From: Octopus sinensis
Taxonomy: Eukaryota
Assembly: GCF_006345805.1 (NCBI RefSeq)
Contig: NC_042997.1
Span: 96,596,001-96,660,000, forward strand
DNA: 64,000 nucleotides
Direction of reading: 5' to 3'
Below, in pieces: positions 53,340-64,000 of the stretch. The notes below the pieces were generated by a model, which did no database searches, was not told the origin of the DNA, and saw only the letters and a program-made list of their open reading frames with translations. Position numbers and translations under genes: made by a program. Position 1 is the stretch's first letter; each line of letters begins with the position of its first letter.

Positions 53340-54640
53340 TAGTAGCTACTTTTACTACAGTAGGACCACTGACTAATGAATCTGCCAATATAGAAAAGCC
53401 TCTATTATGCCCAAGTCAAAAATCCTTTAGCAAAAACTGACCTCACCTTCACCCAAAATACTGTCTTAGATACAGAATTCATGGTCCTATTCCTAAATTT
53501 GGATGCACTAAAGGCAATGGATGACCTTTCTTCGATCCTAAACTGTGCCAAACTTCTGTGTTACTAAGGATGTGCCTGAACACAGAATGCAACTACCGCC
53601 ATCTGGACGGCACAAAACTAACGAAAAATAAATATAATCAACAACAGAGGAGTGCTACAACAACAGCAAAAACAAAATACAACCACATTTCACCTCCTAA
53701 AACCAAACAACGAAGAGAGAACTATGGGAAAACCATAACGCCAAATAACATAAACATGAACTATGTATGATCTGACCATGTGGTAAACCAAAAATGCAAC
53801 TCTTTTCTACTAACTTATCTAGAAAATATGAAGGTCGACCAAAGCAGTATATGCAAAACGAAAGGGACACCCGCCCACCATCAACTAGAACATCATACGC
53901 ATGCAGCTCCATAGAAAAACCGTACGCACTGCTACCTTTGAACAACACAACACAAGACTAAGCTATTAGAACAATACAAACATGAAACTACCCTTGCCTC
54001 GACATTCCTGCTAAATGTACGTGACATCAACCCATCACTCACTGCCCAAAAGTAGATGATTCCCTATATTCCCTTTCATTATCCTTATTAAAACTCACCT
54101 AAACAGCACTCGCATGTATGTCAAGGTGAAAATAAAAGATTTCACCCTCGTCCGTGCAGATCGCACAAACCAAAATAAAGAGGGAACAACCATCTTTCCC
54201 CATGACTCCTTTACAGTTGATGCCAAGAACATATTTTCCAATGGCTATTGTGAATCGATATCTCTATTCTACAAGGCCAACCACGTAATCATTATTGGTC
54301 TTTACAGGCCTCCCCAACCACCTCCAACTTGCTTTGAAGTATGCGTCAACAAAATCAAGTCCTCGTTTCAAAAATACAACTCTGGAAATATTTATATAAA
54401 CTGGCCCACAAATACTCTGAAGTTAGGATATGCACTACACCAGATAAAGCAATGGAGTGGGATTGGCTGGTTTGGTTTTGATACGTCGGAAATTAAAGTT
54501 GCAGTGTATCATGTCGTGGTCCGAGAGAAGAATTTTTTCTTTGGTTAATATTAGATCCAAGATCACTTTATTCTGTCTGTGTCAGGGAGGTCTCATTCAT
54601 TAGATAAAGAGGAATCCTGCTGTAGACAGTTTCTGCTCAC
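53340..54640 (+). mobile_element. LINE 5' half: Cys/His-rich ORF1 + APE endonuclease, distal part inverted
   Basis: HPKYC..GCTKG..PKLC..CLNTECNYRHLDGTK; LLNVRDI, FTLVRADR, GLYRPP; LDLILT..SDH on the minus strand at ~54500-54565. Confidence 0.75.
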
Positions 54641-55634
54641 AATGTTTTTGTTTGGGTGCCGTGCAGTAAGTTTCATACCTCGCGGTTGCGATCCGAGCGT
54701 CTTGGCATTTGTTTCAATAGTAGTAAGTGGATGGGATCAAGGAGATGCTAGTGTTTTTCGTTAAGACCAGACAATCTGATAACTGAATCAGTTACTTTGC
54801 AATTGATGATATTCAAGAATAATTACTGTTATTTTATAAAGAAACAAGTTAAATTAGTATTTCTATTTAATTCACATGATACATTCACCTTCTCATGTCA
54901 ATGTAAAGTTTGATTGATGAAAGATATTTCTGTTATGACATAAAAACTAATGCTATTGTGAGAAATATCAATAAAATAGTATTACCTGGTTGAAGTTCAG
55001 AATTTTAACGATTATCTAAATGAAAGACATATGAAAAATATCACTCTGATATTTTTTTTACATTTAAAGACTCGACTAATTCACACATTTTATAGAGTTG
55101 TCTTAATTCGTTTCGTGTCAATAATTTAATTTTTAAATCAGTTCTTAAAAATCTTCAAATAATTCTATATGCTGTCAATGGTATTCGATAGACACGCTAT
55201 TACAGTCTGTGTCACAAAATAACACAATAGGACTGCCTGACAGAGCATATTGAAGAGAAGGAAAGGATAGCTGCATCCTTCTTATCCTACTGTTCGTTGT
55301 CTTAGTGACCAACTTTTACTGGCTCCGGGATATTAGTATCATTATAACGATCTAACACGGTTTAATAAACTATTATCATATTATCACAAAGGAAAGAGAA
55401 GATATCACAAATACATTTATATGCGTCTGCGTGTGAGTAAATATGTGCGGTTATATACATATGTATGTGTCCTTATTTCATGTCGCTATACTTCTCATGC
55501 ATGTGCTTTTTGTTTATAAACACATGGATATAGTTTATACACAATATGAATGTATATGTACGGGCAGATATATGCTGTTGTTTTCAACATACCGCTTCGA
55601 ATTCATTTGTCTTCATTATTCATGGTCCATCTTT

Positions 55635-56770
55635 AAGGCAGCAAGCTGGCAGCATCGTTAATACACCTTGCAAAGTAATTAGCGGCATTTCCTCCGTATT
55701 TTCGTTGAGTTCAAATTCTGCCGAGGCCGACTTTGCCTTTCATCATTTTGGGGTCGATAAAGTAAATACCAGTTGAGCACTGGGGTCAATGTAATCGACT
55801 TACACCCCTCTCCCGGAATTTTCATGCCTTGTGTCAAAATTCAATACCAATATTCTATTTCAAGTTAAGGCGGTGAGCTTGTAGGATTGTTAGCTAGCCG
55901 AGGAAAATGCTTAACGGCGTTTTGTCTGTCATGATATCCTAATTCAAATTCTGCCGATGTCGACTTTGCCTTTCATTCTTCCGGAATCGATGAAATGCGT
56001 CTCAGTTGTGCACTGGTGTCGATGTAATCAACGAACCCCCTCCAACAAAATTTCAGACCTTCTTCATAATGAACCACTTCCCTGTCTTTACGTTCTGAGT
56101 TTAATTGCCACCGAGGCCGATTTTGTCTTTCATCCTCTCGGGGTCGTTAAACTACGCACTAGTTGAGAAATGAGGTCGATGTAATCAACTTACCTGAAAT
56201 TTCTGGCCTTTTGCCAAAAGAAGAAAGGATTATCTATGACCCACATCTCCTTAAAATTAGCTGAAATTTTGAGGGAAGGAAACAAGTAGATATAAATGAC
56301 CCAAGCACTGAATAAATTATGAGTGAAATATTGATTTCGATGGCGTCGACTTACCTTACTCTTCAAAATAGCTCAATTTATGCCTGAATAAGAATTACAT
56401 GTTTGAGCATCAGGGTAGCAGTTGACAGAATCTATGGAACATCGGGGAAATTTTTTGCGGTACTTCTTCCGACCTGTACCGTTTGAGTTCAAATACTGTG
56501 TGCTCAGCTTTGTCATTCATGCTGCCGGAGTCAATAATAAAAAAGTACCATTCAAATACTGAGTTCGACGGTAACGACCTATCCTCAAAACGGATGCCCT
56601 TGTTCTTAACTTAGAAACGGTTAGTTATTGAAACGCAAGACCAGTGGATTCGTACAATCATTAGAGCTGCTGCACTATGCATTGCAATATTTCTTGTGGC
56701 TTTTTGCCTTCTAATCCAAAATCCCGCTATGGTCAAGTATACATTTCATTCTTTCATAAAATGAAGGGCC
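55635..56770 (+). mobile_element. Head-to-tail cluster of family A SINE copies
   Basis: Units start near 55635, 55868, 56085 (core only), 56410 and 56640, each with a gttcaaat..ctttgcctttcat-like core. Confidence 0.8.
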
Positions 56771-56828
56771 AGTAATGCTATCATCTTTTATTTAACTTAG
56801 AAATCCTGTTGCTTCCATTATTTGTGTA

Positions 56829-56910
56829 CCGTATATACTCAACAATAAGTCGCACTTTTTTTCTCTGAAATTTTCAGCTCAGGTCAAGGATGCGACTTAT
56901 GAGCGCAACC
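56829..56910 (+). mobile_element. pogo-like MITE terminus, partial
   Basis: ta-ccgtatatactc..ataagtcgcac resembles the terminus at 30105. Confidence 0.45.
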
Positions 56911-57196
56911 TATAAAAAAAATCTTCATATATTTTCTAGGTACAAGACAGAAACTGTGTGGATTTTATAAGATCTTTTTCTTCTCTTACATGTCTTGGCG
57001 TGTTGTTAATGAGAGTAGAGCCTGAGTGATACAGAAACTGAGGATGAAACACAAACAAAATAAGAGTAGCAAGCTTCAAAGATCAGATGACAGTATTTGA
57101 TCTATGAATGAACTACTCCATAACGAGATGATAGGCAGAGTCAGTTGAAGGACTCAGATTATATTTAAGAATTCGATTAACAGAAACTGAAATCAT

Positions 57197-57410
57197 AAGG
57201 CGGCGAGCTGGCAGAAATGCTTAGCGGTATTTTGTCTGCCGTTACATTCTGACTTCAACTTCCGCCGAGGTCGACTTTGCCTTTCATCCTTTCGGGGTCG
57301 ATAAATTAAGTACCAGTTACGCGCTGAGGGTCGATGTAATCGACTTAATCCCTTTGTCTGTCCTTGTTTGTCCCCTCTGTGTTTTGCCCCCTGTGGGCGA
57401 TAAAGAAATA
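57197..57410 (+). mobile_element. Monomeric family A SINE with TSD
   Basis: Head, core and tail ccccctgtgggcgataaagaaata; TSD agaaactgaaa at 57182-57192 and 57411-57421. Confidence 0.92.
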
Positions 57411-58091
57411 AGAAACTGAAAATATTTGTAAGAAAATTTTGATAAAATGTTTGTAAGAGAGAGGGAGAAAGAGAGAGAGAGAGAGAGTGCCAGAGACGGG
57501 AGGCAGATTTTTATATTAGCTAATGAACCTATAACATGTATGTTTGATGTCATGGGTTGCTATCGTCATCAGCATCGAACTTTCGAACTTTCAGGTTAAA
57601 TGTAACTCGCTTTTCGATGTTAATCTGTAATTCAATTACCAAGCATGATATTCCATCCAATTTTAGGCATATTATACAGCAATCAGCAGCACACATTGTC
57701 AAGAGAAGTGGTAATGAGTGGCGTTAATGTGATTTCTATAAATATTTGCAAATTCTAATACCACGTAGCGACACCGTGTCATCGCTTACGATCTTTATCA
57801 TTGCTTAGGTCTATCTGAAATATAACAATTGATTATTATGTGAAAGGAGTAAATCCTGATATTGTCATTTCATTCATAAGTGTCCGCCAACCTGTTTACT
57901 GTTAGCTACATTCAATATATCTGCTAAATAGATGCCTGATGATTTCTTTTATATACAGTAAGAAACATGTTGTCATCGAATAAACACCGAAGAAGAATTG
58001 TGAAGATGTATTATATAGAGCCATATCGGCAATTGATAGGCGCTACTATATAATTATTATTACCTTCTTGATGACAAAAGAAAAATATATA

Positions 58092-59344
58092 CAGGGTGTG
58101 TAATGTATTTGAGGACACCTTTTTTTGGTGGACACATTTTGCTAACTCTGAGGACAACTTTTGCTAACTCTGTATAATCCTTGTTTCAGAAAATAATAAT
58201 AGCAGACCCTCAGCTTACTCAAGTAATGGAGTGGCATGCTGTTCTTGTGTTTATAAAGGTTCAGCATAGCGATTTAGAAATATCTCGATTTTTAAAAGTT
58301 GCCAGACCTTTCATCTACAAGGTCTATAAGGAGTTAGAGACTGAAGATGGAAACGTATCACCAGTCTCAAAGCATAAAAAGTATTTTGAACGCTCTGAAA
58401 TCATCAGAACAATTGAATTTATCCAGTAAGTTCAACAGACCTTTGAAGGTCCATGAGATCAATTGCAAAAATCTCCATGTGTCAGAAGGAACAATCAGAA
58501 ATGTTGTCCACGAAGACATTAGATATAAATCTTATATGATGAAGAAATGTCAATTAGACAGAAAAAGCAAAAGAAAATCACTACACGAGATCGAAAATGC
58601 TCTTAAACAAACTGAAAAGTCCAGCAGAAAAAGATGTGGTTTGTTTTTTCTCTAACGAGAAAAACTTCAACTAAGATCAAATAGTTAACAGAAAATATAA
58701 CAGATGCTTATGTGCAGACCCTTCTGAAGTGTTATGCATACAACGTTTCTTGCAACTGTCATGCTTTTAGAGGTTGTCAACAATGAAGGACACGTGATGT
58801 CTCCTTGCGTCTTTCTACAAGGCCTTAGAGTTAACTCTGCCGCCTACATTGAGGTCCGGGAAATAATTGTTAATCCTTGGATAGACAGTGTATGCAATGG
58901 AAGGTCATATGTGTTTCAGTAAGGCTCTACACTCTCACATATCGCTCTAGTAACACAGGAGTGGATGGCTGAACATGTTCATGATCACATAACTCCTAAT
59001 ATTTGGCCTCCTAGATCCCCAGATTTCAATCCATTGGACTATTACATGTGGAGCGTTGTTGAAAGAGAGGTCAATGTACACGCCCATAACACCAATGATT
59101 CTTTGAAAGCTGCTATTCTCAGAGTAATGTCCAGAAGCAGGACCACTTGATTCGATCGTGTAGATGATTTAGATCTCACATAGAAGCTATTGTTGAAGCT
59201 GATGGTGGCTGTTTTGAATAACATTATAGAAAAGAAGGCTTATTTTTATCCTCAGCATTTTTTGATAAATAAAGTCATTATCTATTATTATATATCTGTT
59301 TTTTTATAAACATAAATCTATCCTGAAATATCTAACGCACCCTG
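58092..59344 (+). mobile_element. Full-length decayed maT (DD37D) Tc1/mariner element
   Basis: TIR cagggtgtgtaatgtatttgaggaca vs reverse complement cagggtgcgttagatatttcaggata; FFSNEKNF; 37 residues between the second D position (YVFQ*G) and the final D of WPPRSPDFNPLD. Confidence 0.93.
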
Positions 59345-60149
59345 TTGTGTAAATGACAACCTCGTATGAAAAGAAATATTGAAACAATAATATTTGACAT
59401 TTAGTCTGTTACTGTAATTACAAATTCGCCGCCATTTATGTGACAGCACTATTGTATGATATTGTACAATTTCTTTCTAGACAGAATAAATCTTATAACT
59501 CGGAAGTAAGAAAAATAAAATTTCAGATTTATTAACTCATGACCCGTTCCTCCGACATTGATGTCAATATTTAAAGATACTTTCACTACCTATTTTTCAG
59601 CAATCGATTTATTTTATGGGAGACTTCCATTAGTATCGATGTTTACGGTTCTAGAAAAGCCCCTGAAAGGGGAATTTTTCTATATATATTGAACTTTTTG
59701 AGGATTAATCAGTAGATGAAATGCAGCACGTGTCAATCTCCAGAGCTGCCAAGATGTTCAAAAGAGGGGAGAAGGAAATATGTTTCGCGGATAGTTGCTG
59801 TCGGAAGTAGTCCATCAAGATATCAAGTTTTCTCAAATCCAAGTAGATACTTCATTCAAATTTGCAACGGAGTGATTTCTGCTAAAGGAAACCAGTGGCA
59901 AGTTGGAGGCTTCAAACCTGAGGATAGGTTAATTATGTTCCCAGATAAGTTAATTAAGTTATCTGACTTCTGTTGTCCTAAATTTCTTTACACAGATTTG
60001 ATCTACCGAAAGTAATGTAAGACAGAACTGGCCTAATATGTTTCGCGAAGTAGTCAAATCCACAAAACCATGAAGCCAACTACTTAAAGATGATGTCTGT
60101 ATTGACTATTGACTTATCCTGGATAAGCGTTACCAGAAATAATACATGG

Positions 60150-61147
60150 ATGGGTGACCTACCAGAGTCAGAGCTACATTCAAGCACAGCAGTGATTGAA
60201 ACAAAGGGCATGTGTTAAAGCATTGTCCCGGTGAAACACAACACATTTTATAAGTTTTCCTGGGCGTTTAGTCTTGATAACCTTTTGTAACTGTCTCAGC
60301 AAGTTGTCATAGGTTGTCATGGTATTCTCCATTGATGGTGTGGTCCTTTCAAATGTAGCCAACAAGCACAATGCCTTTTGCATCCCTAAAACTGAGGCTA
60401 TCACCTTCCCTGCAGATGAAACTACCATGGTTTAGTTTGGAACAAGTGGGGGAGGTCCACATCATAGATAGTTTCTTTGTCTGTGGCTCAAACTCATAAT
60501 CCCAACACTCACGCTGGCTTAGTAAACCTTCAAAGCAACCAGCAAGATCTAAATCAAATAATGTCAAACTTTCCAGTAAAGTAATAATTCTAGAACGATT
60601 TTGATCAGATATCAGAAGAAATGGCGAGCAGAAACTTTGTTTTGCCAATTTAATTGTGCAGAATATTCTCACAGGATATTTTAATAGCATTGGCTATTTG
60701 ATTTATATTCAATTGCCTGTCATGCATCACCATGAGTGAAGAGAATGAATGTTTTCTTCGGTGGTGACAGTTGCAGGACGTCTAAATCGTGGGCCAACTT
60801 CAAAACTCTACCTTCCCCTCCTAAATTCAGCTGCCTACTTTTGCACTATTGATAATGTGGAGCGTCAGTCTCTGATTTAGCAACTGTGTCAGCATGAATG
60901 TTCTTGCGGACAAATACCCTTTTGTCCTGCAGGTACTTGATAACAACACGATGCCAAATTTTGTCGATTTTCAAGAGAAGTTTCTACTAGTTACTCTCGA
61001 AGTCTTCTTTGCAAGGTCAGATGTCAATTTACATGAAACGAAACAATACATCTATTAATAAAAAGGATTGAAATTAATGCACGAAAGATTTCACATCTCT
61101 AATACCATTCCTTCATAGTTTACTTATGAAATTTTCAGCAACCCTTG
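60150..61147 (-). mobile_element. mariner (DD34D-type) remnant
   Basis: Terminus ta-caagggttgctgaaaat; EPQTKKLSMMW, SSAGKVIASV, DAKGIVLVGY, KRPGKL..VFHRDNA. Confidence 0.85.
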
Positions 61148-63029
61148 TATGTGCGTTTATGTATACATGCGCGTATGTGTGTGTGTGTGCATGCGTATAT
61201 TGTAGGAGAGGGTTCTTTTCTGTGTGTTATATTGTGTGCATATGCAAATATCATGCGGTAAATACTACCTTTATCCTCAATGAATGTACAGAGGTCAATA
61301 CATGCCGTATATTTCGTTCATCCTTAGACAACTTCAATAGAAGTGATAAATGTATGAAAACATAACATTCTCACTCTCTGAGCTCTCATCTTTCAAAGAT
61401 GTATTTTGTTTTATTGTTTTTCTTTGTTACTTATGGCCTATTTATTTCATTCTACTTTATTGTATCCTATATATTGTATCCTATTTGTTTCATCGATTAA
61501 CCTTTATTGTTTTCATTTTCCCCTCTGATGTATTTGATAGTGTTGACCTATTCTTATGTATGTCGCCTTGACGATACGACCTCTTGACGTAAACTATGTT
61601 ATATTTGCCTGGAGATAAAATTCTTATTTCTAGTTATTATTGTTTTAGGTATTATTATTATTTTTTTCTTATTTTCTTCTTACTCTTTGAAACGCCATTC
61701 ATGAATATATCATAAGAAAGGTGCTTTGACGAAATGTATTTCAACATATTATTTGAAGTTATACATGGTGATCGATTTTATATGCATCAATTATTGATTA
61801 CCCACTACTGAAATGATCGTAATGAAATACCTGAATACCAGCTCTTTGTTTTCTGGTTGTTCTTTTGAAGTATATGATTCTCTACTATCTACGTAAGAAG
61901 CCCAATCCTTATTGATGCTCCATCGATAGCATTATTTCGATGTGACAGTTTAATCTAGCTGAAATTCTAACCTCAAAAACTCCAACGATAATCTTTCATA
62001 CATTTAACGCATCTCTATACACATGTGTGCGTACGTATGTGCACGCGTATGTATGCATGTATGTAAATATTTAAGTAAAACTTGAATGTATATGCATCTA
62101 TGTGTGGATCTGTGTGCTTTGCAGTTGTGTGTGTCTTTATTTGTATTTTTGCTTGTGTTGCTGTATGCTTAAGTATTGAAGGTAGCCAAATATCAGACAC
62201 AGGTAGATCATTCTTTATTACCAAACATTCAAAGCATGATCTATGTAATTATACAACATGTATACTTACATTCAGTGTACATACTATTTTGCAACAATGC
62301 TTAGTATTAAAAAAAAATACACATCCTGTTTTTGTCTGAATCGAATCCATCCATTATTTCATAAATATTATTGATGTAATTTAACAAAGTCAATATTTCT
62401 TTACAAGAGAATTAAGTTGTCTCTACCTGTCTTAAGTGGAATAGCAAGCGAAGCAAACATAAACCTTTCGTAGGCGTTTGAGACCGGTTGGTGTAAAATA
62501 GAAAAAAAACTCCTCAGACTGAATCCTTTAAAATTAACCCGCTTTCGGGTGATAATATTTGTGAGATAATTATTTACAAGGATAGTCGGGGTTTTGTACA
62601 AGATAGGATAATTATTTTCGTCAATATTCAGCATTCGAGTTGACATGTCAAGCATGATTTACATTTTGATGCGAAAGTTTCAGAGATAATTTCGAGTTTA
62701 AATATCTGTTACTAATTTGCAAAATATGATTTTCCAATTTTATGCTTGCATAATTAGCCTTCCACTCAGTCATTACATTAATGCTACGTGAGACGCTAAT
62801 GAGATTTCTAGAAGTTTTTGCGAATTTAATATCTCTTAAAGCCACCATGTCACTTTATATGACTTTCCCCGTTGCTTTCGTCAATAAGTAATATAAACTA
62901 TGAACTACGTTATTAAAACAGGAATGTTTTGTATTATATATTTTATTTCCTAAGTATCTACCGATTAATTTAATATGAAAGATTTTCAATAATTTTGTTA
63001 ATGAAATAGCCTTTTTGAGACCGTAGGAA

Positions 63030-63032
<3 letters not shown>

Positions 63033-63098
<66 letters not shown>

Positions 63099-63500
63099 CA
63101 ACAACAACAACAATAACAACAATAATAACAATAATAACAATAATAACAATAATAATGATGATGATGATGATGACGTCGACGACGACGACGACGATGACGA
63201 TGACGACGATGACGACGATGACGATGACGATGATGACGATGGCAATGAGGATGATGATGGTGATGATGGTGATGATGATGATGGTGATGATGATGATGAT
63301 GATAATGGTGGTGGTGGTAGTGGTGGTGGTTGTGGTGGTGGTGGTGGTGATGATGATGATGATGGTAGTGGTGGTGGTGGTGGTGGTGGCGGTGGTGGTG
63401 GTGGTGGTGGTGGTGGTGGCGGCGGTGGTGGTGGTGGCGGTGGTGGTGGTGGTGGTGGTGGTGATGGTGATGATGATGATGATGATGATGATGTTGATGA
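63033..63500. repeat. Compound trinucleotide microsatellite AAT>AAC>GAT>GAC>GGT>GGC>GAT
   Basis: Seen directly; source of the poly-P/S/L and poly-M/V ORFs. Confidence 0.97.
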
Positions 63501-64000
63501 TAAGTTGCCCTGATGCAGTACCAGGCAGTGACCGCTCATGGCTTCTGATATTTACTGATTAGAAGTATTATCATGTACATTGTTTTGTCTTGGTATAAAA
63601 GATGCGCTACAGCAAATACTCTGCTCAATGCCGCAGATTTGCTTGTCAGTTGTTTGACCTTAACCAGTTCAGCATGTCCCTTAGTGGCTGACGATATGTG
63701 CATCTCTGATCACGAGCATCATAGCCATATGTTGAGTTGGATTCTTTGGGGTTTTAATAATTCACCACTGGAAACATAGGTGTTTCGTTCACCATTCTTA
63801 AACAACCCTTATTCAGGGACATTTTGAGCGGGATGTGGCTATTCGATCAGTAGAAAATTCTAACTTGGCCCCACCTGCAAGGTCATGTGCTGTTTATCTT
63901 GATATGAGATTACCATGTCACGCAAATATGGTTGTGATGCATGTGCCTAGTGTACTCTTATCAGACGTATATTTTATCCTAGTGTCACTTTGATGGCATG

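Noticed and set aside
55635-57410. CRISPR-like repeat-spacer array
   Set aside because: Units are long, diverged SINE copies in eukaryotic DNA; no constant short repeat and no cas genes
59716-60015. 99-aa Cys-containing ORF
   Set aside because: No motif or exon evidence; length compatible with chance
62400-62900. Possible conserved enhancer with TAAT-rich sites
   Set aside because: Cannot be supported without cross-species alignment
62970-63562. Poly-Pro/Ser/Leu and poly-Met/Val ORFs
   Set aside because: Compound trinucleotide microsatellite

Overview
AT-rich animal genomic DNA with no supportable host exon. The repeat landscape (dense TA/GATA/TAA microsatellites, tRNA-derived SINEs, many Penelope-like elements) resembles an octopus/cephalopod intron or intergenic region; this is an inference. 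The window is a mosaic of decayed transposons: R4/Dong-type RLE retrotransposons sitting in microsatellites, RTE, CR1-type and L1/Tx1-type LINEs, several Penelope-like elements (PLEs), mariner DD34D, maT DD37D, a pogo-like MITE, a Chapaev3-like remnant, Helitron/Helentron-type non-autonomous elements, and over a dozen SINE copies. The most notable signals are: (1) minimal type-I hammerhead ribozyme motifs, two with a complete core (20869-20963, 24701-24765) and one inside a ~270-bp palindrome (46615-46887); (2) a SINE whose 3' tail resembles that of the L1/Tx1-type element here and which moved as a dimer; (3) a twin-priming-like inverted RTE insertion; (4) a mariner made of two left arms. Most ORFs in the track are microsatellite artefacts. 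I found no clearly new biological system.
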